Position numbers and translations under genes: made by a program. The notes below the pieces were generated by a model, which worked only from the letters and a program-made list of their open reading frames with translations, was not told where the DNA came from and ran no database searches. Below, in pieces: positions 13,783-27,935 of a DNA stretch of 64,000 nt (within the stretch, counting starts at the first letter, position 1; each line of letters begins with the position of its first letter). Source of the DNA: Vicugna vicugna (taxonomy: Eukaryota); the NCBI GenBank assembly GCA_013265495.1, contig MU058463.1, forward strand, positions 1,325,523 through 1,389,522, read 5' to 3'.

Positions 13783-14181
13783 AAAGTGAAAGAAAAAGAT
13801 TGTGAATGGAAACCCAGGTACAAATGATGACCAAGAAATTTTGCTTCATTTGGTATTTGACATACACAGAGATAAAGGAGAGCCCTGACAGGTTGAACTG
13901 TGGCATGGAAGAGAGGGGCTCTAGACAGGACCTGTCATGTAGAGCTCTAAAATTTGGTCTTCAATATGTGTAAGGATGACAAAGAGAATGGGGAGACAGG
14001 TGTATTACATTAGCATAAACAAATGCAATTATCTGATGAGAGCACTCAAACTATATTTATAGAATGGAGTTAAATTTAATGATTCCATAGAAAACCTATA
14101 GTAAAAGCTAAATGTGACCAAATAGATCAGATATTCAAAAACAGATTATTTGTATAGTTAAGGTAGTAATACTAAATTTCA

Positions 14182-15427
14182 GACCATTTATTAAACACCT
14201 AAATATAAGGCATGACACCATAACATGCCTCGAAAAGAACATAGGCAAAACATTCTCCAATATAAATTGTAGCAATATTTTCTTAAATCAGTTTCCCAAG
14301 GCAAAATACATAAAAACAAAAATAAAGAAATGGCACTGAATCAAACTTAGAAGCTTTTGCACAGCAAAGGAAACCATCAGCAAAATGAAAAGACAAGCTA
14401 TGGACTGGGAGAAAATATTTGCAAATGATACAACTGGCAAGGGGTTAATGTCCAAAATATACAAACAGCTCACACATGATTGATTTTCTTGCCTTTATTA
14501 TTTTCTAATATTTGAGTTAAAAATTATGCTTTCTTACATGAAAGGATTCACAATATTGCTAATTATTAGAGAAATGCAAATAAAAATCACAATGAGGTAT
14601 CACCTCACACCAATTAGAATGGCCATCATCAAAAAGTCTACAAATAATTAATGCTGGAAAGGGTGTAGAGAAAAGGAAACCTTCCTACACTGTTGGTGGG
14701 AATGTAAATTGGTGCAACCATCATGGAAAACAATAGGGAGGTTTTTTAAAAAACTAAAAATAGAGCTACCATATAATTTAGCAATCCCCCTCCTGGGCAT
14801 TATCTGGAAAAGATGAAAATTCTAGTTGGAAAAGATACATGCACCACAATGTTCATAGCAGCACTATTTCCAATAGCCATGACATGGAAGCAACCTGTGT
14901 CTATCAACATATGACTGGATAAAGAAGATGTGTGTTTGTGTGTATATATATATATTTAATATATATATATAGTGAAATATTACTCAACCATAAAAAGGAA
15001 TGAAATATTGCCATTTGCAGCAACATGGATGGACCTAGAGAATATCATACTAAGTACAGAGAAAGACAAATATTATATATCACTTATATGTGGAACCTAA
15101 AAAATAATACAAATGAATCTGTTTACAAAACAGAAACAGACTCATAGATGTAGAAAACAAACTTATGGTTACCAAAGGGAAAAGAGGGATGGAGATAAAT
15201 TAGGAAGGAGTATGGATTAACAGATATACACTACCATATATAAATAGATAAGCAACAATGCTTTTCTGTATAACACAAGGAATAGTATTCAATAACTTAT
15301 AATAACCTATAATAGAAAATAATCTGAAAAAAATTATATATATATAATACCTAAATCACTTTACTGTACACCTGAAACTAACAACAATATTGTAAATCAA
15401 CTGTACTTCAATAAAAAAGAAAGGAAT
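14182..15427 (+). mobile_element. 5'-truncated, relatively young L1 (artiodactyl-type 3' end)
   Basis: Well-preserved ORF2 C-terminal region (aaaatcacaatgaggtatcacctcacacca..., ttgccatttgcagcaacatggatggacctagag) and 3' UTR ending tgtaaatcaactgtacttcaataaaaaa. Candidate TSD TAAATTTCA at 14173-14181 and 15428-15436. Confidence 0.92.
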
Positions 15428-17599
15428 TAAATTTCACATTAATTTGATCCTAATGAAATATTTGGTTGATAACAGACTTTATCATTTTAATGACTGAAAA
15501 AAAAAGATTTTAGCATGAAATGATTTGTGGTGGCTAAATTTAAACTGATGTGAATTGAAAACCAGAATAGAATTTCCTATGTTTAAATGTTCCTTCCTAT
15601 ACTAAGTTGTTTTTAATATTACTTGAGCTTCCTTAATATAATGATATTTTAAAATGATTATGTGTATAACCTTTGATAAATGATGATTTTTGTTGCATAG
15701 TTATCTCTTGGCTCGTTACCACTATTACGTTTAACGCAGAAATAAAGGGAGTTTCTGTAGGACTGTATTATTTCTTTCTAGGATATACTGTCTAGCTTCA
15801 TATAAAGAAATACAGTGTAATAATTCAGTAGCCTTCCACCTGAAGTTCTGAAAGCTTCCAAAAAATCCACACAACTCTCCAGATTGTTGTCAACACAGAT
15901 GCATTTCTACTTAAATTTAAATGGCATTCTTAAGAATATAGATTCATGCCTAACTCTTCCTGCAGGAAGAAGTGTTACTCAGCTCATTCTCAAGCGTTCT
16001 CTGGCTTATGCCCTCAGTGGTAGTCACCATTTCACTGTGCAAGGAAGAAGGAAGAAATCTTCCCATTGCACTGAGCATATGTGAATAATTTCTACATATA
16101 CTCAGCAAGAGATTATACTCCACACATTTCCCTGAAGAATGTGGCCTTTGGTTCTAATCTAATGTTTCCCCAGATTTAGCACTACATTTAAAAATATATA
16201 TGATAATAAAGATATCATTTTACTCCATAAGAAAAGTTCAGATTCATTGCTGCTGAAATGATCTGATGGAGATTTCCCTGAAAACTACCTCTTTCCCTTC
16301 CTTCCTCGTCACATTGCAGCAGTCTGCTCCTCATTACAAATATCCCTAAGAAATCTTTGGTCATAGGAAAAATACTCAACATTTTTTCTAAGGTAACAGA
16401 GAAAGCTGTGGGGAAACCTCACAATACTAAGTGGGCAAAAAGTCTGTGAATGTCAGTTGACCTGAGAAAAACAGTGCTTTGGGGTAAATGCCTTGGGTTA
16501 GTGGACCTGGAGCTATTAGAGGAGGTAGAAGAACGGGAAACAGAAGCCTTTTTAAGCTATTGTCCTGAGCACATCAGCCCAGTGGAGATAAACCTTAGAA
16601 ACAATGCTCCCTGCATCTTTTTTTTTTTTAATCAGAAATGAGGGCGTACATGAATCCTAAATACTTGGTTTCTCCGTGACAATAAAAACTCAGAACTGCT
16701 CTGGAATCAATTAAACTAGAATTCACACCTTTTTTGTATCAGGTAGTGTACTACCCAATTCTCCGTGGAGGCAGATGGAACACAGGTTCTGCTCAAAAAT
16801 ACACAATCTGTTAAAAAGTTTTTATAGTAGGGGGAAAAAAGCCTCTGTCTCGCTCTTAAAACTAATTTAAAGCACCTTTCAAAATGCATAAAAGAGGAGA
16901 AACAACACAAAGGATACTAATTAGTGAAGAAATCCAAGCAAATTGATTATAAGGATAAGAAAAGAAAAGAGGCAGCCAAGGTTGAATGTTAGTACACTAG
17001 GTTAATCCTATAAATTCCTGCTATAAAAATGCGAGAAGTGAGCCACACGTCTGACTATGACTATTCAGGGAAGAGGGAAATGTGATCAGCTTTGTCATTC
17101 ACAATGGCATATACAGGAAAAAGAGTTCCTCGGAAGAACAGCCACTCCCAGGCAGGACCCCCTGAGAGAGATTTATCGTTGAGGTCCTCCTGAAAAGCAC
17201 AGAACACAAATTGGCAAACACTTGCTCATCAGCAGGCTTTTTTATCCATGGGCCTGCGTGAACGCTCTTGAACATCAGCTTTCTTGTCAGGAGAGAATCA
17301 GGGGAGTGTCCTTCCAGAAAGAATATGCCTCACCTGCACTCTGATGGTCCTAAGAAAACGACCTTTTTTTTGGTATGATGGAAGCATGCAATCTCAGAGA
17401 AATGACTGAGTGAAACTGCCCCAAATTTATATTATCATTATGATGATATAAACTCCAAAGCTTGGTTCTTCATATTGGTTCTTAATATTTCTCCTGAATA
17501 TGGTGCTTAGTATTTTGTGGTTATGTAAATTTTTTTCTTAATGAATAAATAAACACTCTGTATTCCTTTCTTCCACTGCTACCCTGTTATGTCTATTGT

Positions 17600-17960
17600 A
17601 AAAAGAGGTAACGAAATTAAATAAAATAAAAATTAAGAAGTTAAACTAGACAGTTAAGTAATCAAATCGGATAAGTAGTTTGAAGAAAATAAAGTTGAAA
17701 AAGAAAAGTAAGTAACAAAGTAGTGGACAAAGAGGGCATTGAATAAATTAATACTGTAGAATAAGTGATAACAGAATAAAATCATAAAAAGTAAAAAGAA
17801 TTTAAACTTTCCGAATAGAAGATTTAAAGTAAAGGTATAAAACATGCAAAGTGAAAAATCAAGAAATTCAAAAACTTTGATATTACAAATAAAATAATAT
17901 AAAGAATTCATAAATAACTTCTCCATGACAAGAAATTGAAATAATTTAAAAATACTGAAC
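17600..17960 (+). mobile_element. Highly degraded L1 ORF2 fragment
   Basis: Extremely A-rich, with aaagaattcataaataacttctccatgacaagaaattgaaataattt resembling L1 ORF2. Confidence 0.4.
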
Positions 17961-20010
17961 TGCAAAGCAAGATTTGTTCTTAATAAATATGAAAAAAATG
18001 GGAAGTGAAAAACGAGTCCCTGGTGACATGAGTCCCTGGAATGTACTGACTTAAGAGAGAGAGTACCAAGGCAGAGCCAGAAGAAAGCCTTTCACTCTTG
18101 TCACTAAGTTAGTCTCCTGAGTGCCTTGTAGAACAAATGAGCTTTAAAAGTAGGCAGTTGTTCAACCAAAGAGACAGAATTCTACTATCTGAATCACTGG
18201 CAAGTTATAACTTGCAAGTTTTCACAGAGCTCCGGCTAACAGTGAATTGTAATTTTTGCTTTTGGGAAAAAATGAAGGAAAAAAGGAAATTAGTACTTTT
18301 CATCTTGAGATGTTTCCTTAAAACACCCCTTTTTTAATCTGTTGATATAATGTCTCCACAACTCTAGTATTCTTGAGTTGTGAGCAAAGTAACTGATTGC
18401 TTAATTGATTTTTTTTAGAACTATATCAGGCATTAAGTGAACTTTGATATGAATCCATGTGACTCTGGAAGGGAATTTTTCACCCTTTTTACTTTTTTTT
18501 AATTTTATGAGAAGATGCATGATTAGACTGAATATTGAATCTCAAATGTTAAAATTATGTGAAAGACCTCAGAAATATTAACTGATTGAAGACATATAAA
18601 AGTATATATTCCTTTTATAATAGGTAGCAAATTTAAGAAATTCATCAATTTATACTTTTGCACTAAAATATTACATACAATGTTAAGAAAAATTTAGAGA
18701 CCTTTCATGAATGGCAGATGTGATGGTCCCAGATATCTTTTTACTTCTTAATTCTAACACATACTTCTACATGAATTAAATGTATTGTGATACAGATAAA
18801 TAAATAAACTATTTGCATGTTTATAAAGCCATGGGCAAATAAATAAGTTTATATAAAATTTATGTTGATACTAGAATGTGAAGACAGGCTAGGAATTTTG
18901 AGACCTTTTCTTCAGGTACTGTGTGGGTAGAGTGTTTATCTTTGTTAGCCACCATCCCTCTGACTAATAAGTTTACTGAATGATCTATGTGCATGTTCTT
19001 GCCCTTGTTCAAACAAACAGGCTAGAGCTTGTGGTAACATGATGAACTTACAAGTACAAAATACACACTCCTCAGTCATATTTGAGACATTAACTGTGAT
19101 AAGCAGAGAGCTCAGCCTTGTGTAATCTGTCAACAAACTAATAAATTACTTTGGTCAAGGGAGGAGGAACTTCCTCCCCATGACCATCTGCATAGGGGAA
19201 TAGGTTAGTAATTAGGATTCCAACAAAACTGAAGGTTTTGACAAGATAAGCTAAGGCTTAATACTTAAAGTTAAGGTCTAATCCTTTTAGGAACTGATTA
19301 ACACACACTTAAGTTTTTTTGGCATTCTATCCATAAATGTTAAGAGATTACTAAGAAATATGATCAGGCAGCAGGAATGTCCATTTGGAGCCCTACCCTG
19401 AATGCAAAATAAAGTCCTGTTTCTACTGACATCAAAAGGAGTTCTACTTCTCTAGAGGAACCACACTCGGGTGCTTTCTTGATTATTGAATCAAATCCAA
19501 ATTTACTTAGCTCTCCTGCAAAGGATTAGTCAGTTAAGCACTTAGTATATATTTTGGCTATGGAACTGGATTCAGGAGGCCTGGGTTCATATCTACATTC
19601 TTAAAAGCTGTCTGACTTAAAGGCAGCACCTCCTTCATCCATGGTACCCAACAACCTACCGCGGCAACCTGTTGACTGAAAAACTGACTAAGAAAGGAAG
19701 ACAAACGGACTAGGACCTGGTTGGGAATGAGAAGAAACTTCCGCTTACTGCCTGCTTTGAAATTTTGGCTAAAATTCACCATTTGGGCCAAAAATTAGCA
19801 TTGAAGTTTGGACCACAAGCTGATAGGAAGAGATTGTGAGACTCTCAGGAATGCCATTCTGTATCTTGTGATATGTCATGGTGCTCTATTCTTGGTTTAC
19901 TTTTGTTCTCCTTATGTTTGTAGGGTTCCCCATGATTCACCAAGCTGCAGAGGCTTCTTAAGAAAGAACAGAACTAATAACTATATCTGCAGGCCTACCA
20001 CAATTAGTCC

Positions 20011-20014
<4 letters not shown>

Positions 20015-20047
<33 letters not shown>
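20015..20047 (+). repeat. A11(TA)11 microsatellite
   Basis: Read directly. Confidence 0.9.
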
Positions 20048-21549
20048 CACTGAATGCCTTTTGGAAAATTCTTAAAAACTTGGAACTCAGCCTAAGTTTA
20101 CTAATGAGCCTTAACTAATGAGATTCATCAACTGTTAGTATAAAAAATGTTGTTAATTGATGGGAAGCTTTGCATATAATTTTTTTAAATAAACAAACAC
20201 AGCTTTAATTTTACCGTTTGAAACACAGTTTTGTTTGTAATCAAAAGAAGAAAGGATTTATCGAGAAAATGCAAAATGGTATCTTCTGTGAGCTATGAGA
20301 TTAATATATCCAAGTCATAAAGGTTATAATGAAGTGAGATTACACACACACATAATCAACTGTGACTGAACTGTTTTACAAAGTGAGTCAATCCCATTCC
20401 ATTAATTTTCCCTGGAGTGCAAAGGAAAAAGAAAATGGATATTCAGAAGAATAAAGGGAAGACTTTGGATAAAAATATCTTAAGACATCCTTATTGCTGA
20501 GAATTGAAGATCTAAGATAAAGCAGACTTCAGGAAGAGTAATGTTTATCATTTAATTTAGACAAACAAAAATTCTATTTTTGTGAAAGTATTTGTCTTTT
20601 GTTACAAATTGCCAAGAAGGTCAAATTCAGTTCAGTGCGCCTGTCACATTTTAAGGCCAGCCATATTTTAAACTATCTCTTTGAATGTTAAGTTTTCTTC
20701 CCTGATTTTGTATATCTTTAAGATTTGCCTTTCTTCTGGAAACTGTCTGCCAAATGTGTTAGAAATGTGAGCCTAAATTATAAGACATACTCTAAGTGTT
20801 TAGACATCTGCTTTTTTTTTTTTTTCCGATTTCCTCTGGAATTTGAATTACACAATTTGTTCACTTCTCCTTCCCGTCACCCCAGGCTTATTCTAATTTT
20901 TGTCCTTGGCAGTGAAAGCCCCATGGGACCCAGGAAGAAACCACACCAACAACCTTACTTAGCTCACTTCCCATACTCCTTATCCTCTTCTTGGTAGGTA
21001 GAGATGGAGGCCTTGCCCCAGCTTCTATTCCTTGTGCCATAATCACTACTAGACTGCTCTCTAAGTCTCTCTCTGTAATGGACTAATGAGTCTTCAGATT
21101 CAGGTCCCTGCAGTGATATTCTAGATTCCAAAGTTGATCCCACCAGTTTTCCTCCTCTTACTCTCTATGGAGAACCAGTAAGAGAGATTCTGTTTAGATG
21201 CCTCTACCATCTAGTTTCCATGTCTAACACTCCAGCATTGCTAGAGGAATGGAGTACCAGCCAATGACAGAAATGACCTCCCTTGCTCTTGTGCTAGAGC
21301 ATTGCTCAAATAACTCCTGAATATTCACTACTATTAGGGCATGTAACAGTTCACCCTTCTCATGAGCTGTAAACCTTAGTACTGCTGTCTAAATTATGAG
21401 TGAATTTGCTATTTGCTGCATTTCTAAGACCACTTCTTTGTTTAGATCCATTTCTTCAGCAGATGCCTTATCCCGAATATGTAATTATTCTATTCGATAT
21501 TTTCTATTCTGAATTTATCATCCATGTTATTTCATCTACTCATCCCCCT

Positions 21550-21740
21550 TTACGTTAGGCATTTTACTACACTTCTTATATATGATTTTGGTTTTGATCT
21601 CAGTTCACAGATGAGGACACTGAAGCTCAATGGAGTGAAGTAAATCTTCTAAATTCTCAGACTAGTAGTGAATAGAGTTTGATTGAAGCCAGAGGTGGCT
21701 TGAAATTTTGTTCTCTCTCAACATTCAGCATGCTATATGA
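21550..21740 (-). mobile_element. MIR SINE
   Basis: ttcacagatgaggacactgaagctcaatggagtgaagtaa is the antisense MIR core. Confidence 0.75.
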
Positions 21741-24099
21741 CAACTTGAAGTTAGATCCAAAGGGTAAAGGAAGGACAGATTAATGACTAAATTTCTGTCT
21801 CTTAAACAAATTTTCGCTAAGGGCCATCTAAGTGTCAAGTACCCTGTCCTGGCCTGGAAACATAATGATAACCCAGATGGAGGTATTTCCTGCCTCCCTG
21901 GAGGGACATATTTCTGCTAGCCTCGTTCAAGCAATTCCCCAGTGTTTCTCAAGTTCCGCCTCATCGCTGAAACATTTGGGAGACTAACACTCCTTTCTCC
22001 AGGGACACACTTAGCTCTTTAATGGTATCTATGCTTCTACCCATCTTTTTCAGCAAACTTCTTTTATAATTTTCTAAGCTTACTGTAGAGAAACAAGCCA
22101 GTAAAGGCCACAATTTGTCACGTATAATTGCCCCTTTAGCTGTCCTTTGCTCTGTATTAAGAAGATCTAGGGTCAAGTTGTCTATGTCTTTAAAGTGTTC
22201 TTTCTCTCAGAATTCAACTATAGAGAGTCAATTGTTATTTCCCGAGAGTACTTAAACGCAGGTAAACTCAAGATTTGACAAAATCCCCCAAATAACCTCT
22301 TCAGATATTCTTACCTCATTCTAAAACCCCAATGCTGAGCATGCATATACATTCCCAGACCAGTTCCTAATATCCTCAAGTTTCTAAATAATACTAAATT
22401 TAGTGGTGACCCTGGTATATGAGTGTACATAATATTTTCAGATTAGTTTGTGATTCTGTCATTTTTCAACCTTTTATCAGCTTGTTATCCTGCTCCTCAC
22501 TGAATCATTCTTGTTCCAGGGGCTCTGACTCAAAACTGGAATTAAATCTGTAGAGTTCCTGTACATGACCTCAAGAGAACTCGTTCTCCCCCTGAAAATT
22601 TGGGATTTGGGCCCAAACTGCAGACAGTTTGCATCCTTTTTAATTCTTCATTGTTTGTTCTAACTTTCAGAAAGATGACTCCTCAAAAAAAAATGTTTAT
22701 TATATGTTACAAGCTTTAGTTGTAGAATATTAGTAAAATACTGCTTGATTTACACACACCATAGAATACTGAAAATAGTCATTTTTTATTTAGCTTGCGA
22801 AACATCAACAACATTTTAAAAAACTAAGATGCTTCTACATGTTCGTATAATTTATTTTCCTTTAACAGCTGAGGTCAAATTCCAAGCATTAATTTTATAT
22901 ATTTTTCCCTCTAGAGTAGAGATTTAAATCGCTGGTTGACTTTATTTGCTCTTTATCATTAGATATTCTTCTCAACAAAGGCACCTTGCTCACAAGCACA
23001 CAGATTTAATCATTTTAACTTGCAAAATAAATTGGTATTTAGGACATGTCAACTGAAAATCTTTATATATTTCCGAAAGCTGCAGGTGCTATGAAACAGA
23101 GCCAAGTGGAGTTCATCTTCCAAATGGCACTGGAGTGTGACAAAACCTTGTAAGGATTACTTCCAAAAATGTTTAAAAATCAGACTATGGCAAAAGATAC
23201 ACTTACCAAGTACAACTGAAGTTTAAGTATCATGAACTTATTTTTAACCCTAAACAACATAAAATTTTCCAAAACCATTTGTACTCATCTATATTGTTCC
23301 TGATAATTATCTTGGCAGGAAGAAAATTTGGAAAGAAAATATCTGAAATCTGGAATTAATCAGGCAGCTTACCCATCTAAATTCTGACCATCTAGATAAA
23401 GATTTTCAAGCAAAGTTATTCATTCTAACTGGTCAAGTTCCAACCAGTTCAAACTATCAAGTAAGATGTTATCGTCTTTTTTGCCTTACTTGAAACATAA
23501 AATGTAAATATTTTATCTCAATTCCAGTATTGCTTTCACATGTACCAAATGCCTACTTGAGGATGAATATGAATAAAACCGTGTGGAATGTTTAAAACCC
23601 CAGTATGCTCTGTTCTTTGCCAATCATGAAAAATTGCTACACAATTTATAATTTACTCTAACAAACATTTATACATAGCTTCTTTGCCAAATACGGCTTG
23701 CCTGTAAAGATTATGTACTGGGATAACTTTATTTAAAAGAGATATGATGATAAGGGCCTGCTCTGTTTTAGTATTTCCTAATCTGTTCTTGATTTTTATT
23801 CAGCTATAAAAAGTTTACATAAAATACAGGAAGAAGTTATAAATTTTTAAAATTGTAACTTACAGATACAGATGAATCTAAATCCAAATTTACAATTAAT
23901 GTAATGGTGGTAATAAATTTCTTAAGAGATTTTAACTTAAAATTTTATAGGATCAAATACAAACACATAATATTGAACTTATTTTAGGCAGTGTAATTCC
24001 ATTTTCTTTATATAGAGCTCCAAATATTTCAGCATATTTATACTAACAGATTTGGAACCACAGCTGATAGCAATCAGGAGACAGAAATCACACTAGTGA

Positions 24100-25604
24100 T
24101 TTTATTCATTTTTAACTTTTTATTTAGAAATAATTTCAGGTATGTAAAATTTGCAAATATAATATAAAAAGTTCCTAAAAATTCTCTACCAGCTTCTCCA
24201 AATGTTAACAAATTACATAGCCGTAGTACAATTATAAAAATTAAGAAATAAATATTGAAGTAATGCAGTCGACTAATCTAGACATCTTTTTCAAATTCAC
24301 CAATTGTCCACTAATTTCTTATCCTAATATCCAGTCCAGGATCGCTCATTACATTTAGCTTACACTTCTCCTTGAGTCTGAGTCATGTGTTTTTTGGCAA
24401 AAAGTAGCCCCAAAACTAGTTGCAGACTTCTCAGGATGTGATACTGTAACAGCTACATGATGATAACACAGCTCATTATCAATAGTATTCACTTTGATAA
24501 ATTTCTTAAGACAGTATCTGCCAAGTTTTTGCCCTGTTGGAATTACTATACTTTCACTTTTAATTAGTAAATATCATGTTTCTCATAATACTTTCCCTAA
24601 CTAATTTTAGCACACATTGATGACATTTGACTAGGACAATTATTACCATGTGATTGAAAATGGTGATTTTTCTGTTTCTATGATTCTTTCCCTACTTATA
24701 TGTTCAAATTGTACTATGAGAAAATGTTACTCTTTATCTACTATCTATCCATCTATTTATTTATTTATTTAATTTATTTATATCAATGTAAACTAATGGA
24801 TATGCACTTTAGTTTATGACTATAATACATTAATAATATTATTATTTTGTGGCTAAAAATGTCCCAGATTTGGCCACTGGTTGCTTTTTGAAGTTGGCTC
24901 CTGACTTCTTTTGGCATGACACGCTCCTTTTTGAACCCTTTCTTACTTTCTACAACCATATGATTGATGTTCCACGTTCATCTTGTATTTTTCCTGCTTA
25001 GACCCAGAAGCATCTATTTCCTTTTATTGGAAAATAGTATTTATACAGGAACATCTGAGTACCATATTTGCTCAGTGCTGTGTGGGTGTGATCACTTTTA
25101 GAATAATGTGAACTAGGAAATAAATATGTATGTATGTATTCACACACATCTGTATTGATATGTATCTGTACGTAATTTTTTTAAAAAAACATAATTTTTT
25201 AAAAAAACGTAAACCAAAGGGTTTATCTTGGCCTTATGCCTTTCCTTATTTTTAATTCCTGACAGTGAGAAACCAGGCTCTTATCCACAATATACTTGGC
25301 AGTTTGAGTGAAGGGTAGAAACCCAGCTTCCCTTAACATCCCTTTACTCTCTCCCATTTATAATTATCTTAAATACTTCCTCTGTATACATTTACAACCG
25401 TATTGAATAGTACCATGATTTTTGCTTCAACAGTGAAATACAACTTAGGAAAGTCAACAGGAAAAGAAAAATGCATTTAGGCATGTTTTCACTCTTTCCA
25501 TCTTTCTTTCTTCCCTCTCATGTTCCCAGACTATTTTTTATTGTGTCTTTAATCTATTATCTGTTCAGTTAACTCCCTTTAATCATTCTTTTAGATCTGC
25601 TGAT

Positions 25605-25641
<37 letters not shown>

Positions 25642-25995
25642 CTGCACCTAAGACTGCCTTGGTTTTCCCTTAGTTCCTGAGGACTATTTCCCCAGGATGC
25701 AGGGTTTGAAATTATGAGTTCTTTTCCTTTAGCACTTGAGAAATGGTTCACCACTTCTTTCTGGCTTCCTTGGCTTCTGATGAGAAGATCATTGTTATTC
25801 AGATTTGTTTTCCTCTATTTTTCTCTCTCACTGCTTTCAAGTTTTTTTGTCCTTCATCTTTAGTTTTCAGCACTTTGTGATATTTCTTGGTGTTGGTTTG
25901 TTTGGGTTTATCCTGTTTAGAATTAAATCAGCTTTTTAAATATGTGCATTTATGTCTTTTGGAAAATTTAGAAATTTTTCTACCATTGTTGCTTT
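24100..25995 (-). mobile_element. L1MC-like LINE, 3' end plus internally deleted upstream part
   Basis: Starts tttttatttagaaataatttcag...ccagcttctccaaatgttaac (antisense L1MC 3' end). Later gtcccagatttggccactgg and ttctggcttccttggcttctgatgagaag (antisense ORF1). Confidence 0.8.
25608..25639 (+). repeat. T32 homopolymer
   Basis: Read directly. Confidence 0.95.
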
Positions 25996-25999
25996 GAAT

Positions 26000-27040
26000 A
26001 CTAGAACCACAAGAAGAAAAAAACAGGTCCCAAAGGCTTCCAAAAGGGAGAAAAATGGCACAGAAAAGATTAGACTGAGCATGATGTTAGATTTCTCAAT
26101 AACAATACTAGACGGCAAGCAATAAAGAAGCAACATCGTCAACATTCTCCAACCTCAGCTTCAGTACTCCATCAGACAATTAATCAATCCTAAGTATAGA
26201 TCAAGTTCAGACATATCAGCTTAACAAAAATAATCTCTTTTGCACTCTTTTAATGAAAGTCAATAGAAGATATGGTCCCAAGAGAAGCTTACCAAGAAAG
26301 CAGTGGCTTTCAGGAAACAGGAGATCTGATATAAGAGGGAGACAGTGATTTATGGTAGGAGAGCATAAAGGTGAGAGCTGAGCAGCTGGGCTTAGGGAGA
26401 GGCCGATTTCCAGCAGAAGAGCAGACGAGAGAACTCATCACAGATCTCTCATGAAAAAATATAAACTAAATGATTGCTTGATGCAGATTTGAATTTTACA
26501 CCTATGATGAAGAGTTTGTTGAAAAATTAGTGATAGGTATAGGGAAAAATCAAGTGGGGAAAAAAAGAGAGAGAGAGGGAAAAAAAATTGTTGACAAAGA
26601 AAATAAAAATTTAGGCACAAGCCAGGAAAAGGTAGTAAGTTGCAAGATTCAATTTTAAATACGATAGCCATAGTTTTTAAATTAAAACAAATGAGTACAG
26701 ATTAAACTAAAATTGTTACATAACAATATTGAGATAATTGGTATTGGATTATGTGTTGGAGGAGATATAAGTTAAAAATGAGCTAAATATATAACTTTCA
26801 TAATGTGAATTCAGTAGGTAATGTGTAAAGTGAACACTCAAAATATAGTAGTCTTCCTATATCATTTAGCTGTAGAGAGGTAAACTCTAAAAGAAATAGC
26901 TAAAATAACATAATTGACTTCAGAGTAGCTGAAATCAAGATATGAAGGGGCGAGGCAAGGGACCGCTATTGTTCATTCTAAGATTTATTGAAGTATGTAA
27001 ATATTAAAACCAGGTACATATTAATTAGATAAAATTAAAC
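26000..27040 (+). mobile_element. HAL1/L1ME-like element (ORF1 3' part to 3' end)
   Basis: gatttctcaataacaatactagacggcaagcaataaagaagcaacatcgtcaacattct (ORF1-like) reaches a HAL1/L1ME-type 3' end (gggaccgctattgttcattctaag...ggtacatattaattagataaaattaaa) within ~1 kb. Confidence 0.55.
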
Positions 27041-27814
27041 TTCAATTTCAAAATAGTGTACAAGAGAAAATGCACATACTTTACTGGAAAAAAAGGAAAG
27101 AGTACATAAAGTAAATTAAAAACTAAGAGAACACATGGCAAAAATGCATTTGAAAAAGTATAAACTTTATTAATGATTATCATATGCTTTTAAGGCAACA
27201 AAAATAGTATTGATTATTTATCTCATATGAATTTCTTTCTTCAGTTTTTCCAATTGTTTATCCTTGTTTCTGTTACTAATCTAATTTTTGCATTGGAGAG
27301 TTGCCATCTTCACCAAACCTATGGTCTGGTTACCACAGTATTTCTTAGAAGTTTGAATTGCCAGGGAGAATTCTGACGTTCTAGGCTAACTCATTTCCCC
27401 TTGGAGTCAACCTAAAATGCAAGTTTACATCCCACTGTGAAAGTTGTAAAAAGTGGAGATGAGATGAAATATATGAAGGTGTACCTGCACATCTGTTTCT
27501 ACAACTCCAAATGCATATTTGTGGTTTCAGCACATGCTGAATGCGACAGAGAGAGGGCTGAGTCTGGGAATAGCTAAAGTCCTCTTCTTTCCAGTGCTTT
27601 TTGAAAAAACATGTGCATAGACACACGTAATTTCATTTATATATAATTATACATTATATAGTATATATAGTAAAAAGAATATTGTATATAATATACATTT
27701 TTATACCAGCTCGTTCTGCTGGTATAAAATAAGGATTTCACTTTGTTTAGCCTATAAGCTGCACTATGAATATTTGACTCGGACAATGCTACTCATGGAG
27801 CTAATGCTATTCCC

Positions 27815-27935
27815 ATTTTCCTTGCTCCCCTCTCTCCTCACCTCTCCTCTCTTTCCTGTCTTCTCCTCTCCTTTATTTCCTTCCATTCTCCTTTATTTTC
27901 TTTCTTTTCATATTTCTTCATTTCCTTCCTTTTCT
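27815..27935 (+). repeat. CT-rich polypyrimidine low-complexity tract
   Basis: Read directly. Confidence 0.75.

Noticed and set aside
25171..25210. Short tandem duplication with a T/A palindrome; similar duplication at 50731-50771
   Set aside because: Ordinary replication-slippage duplications in AT-rich DNA.
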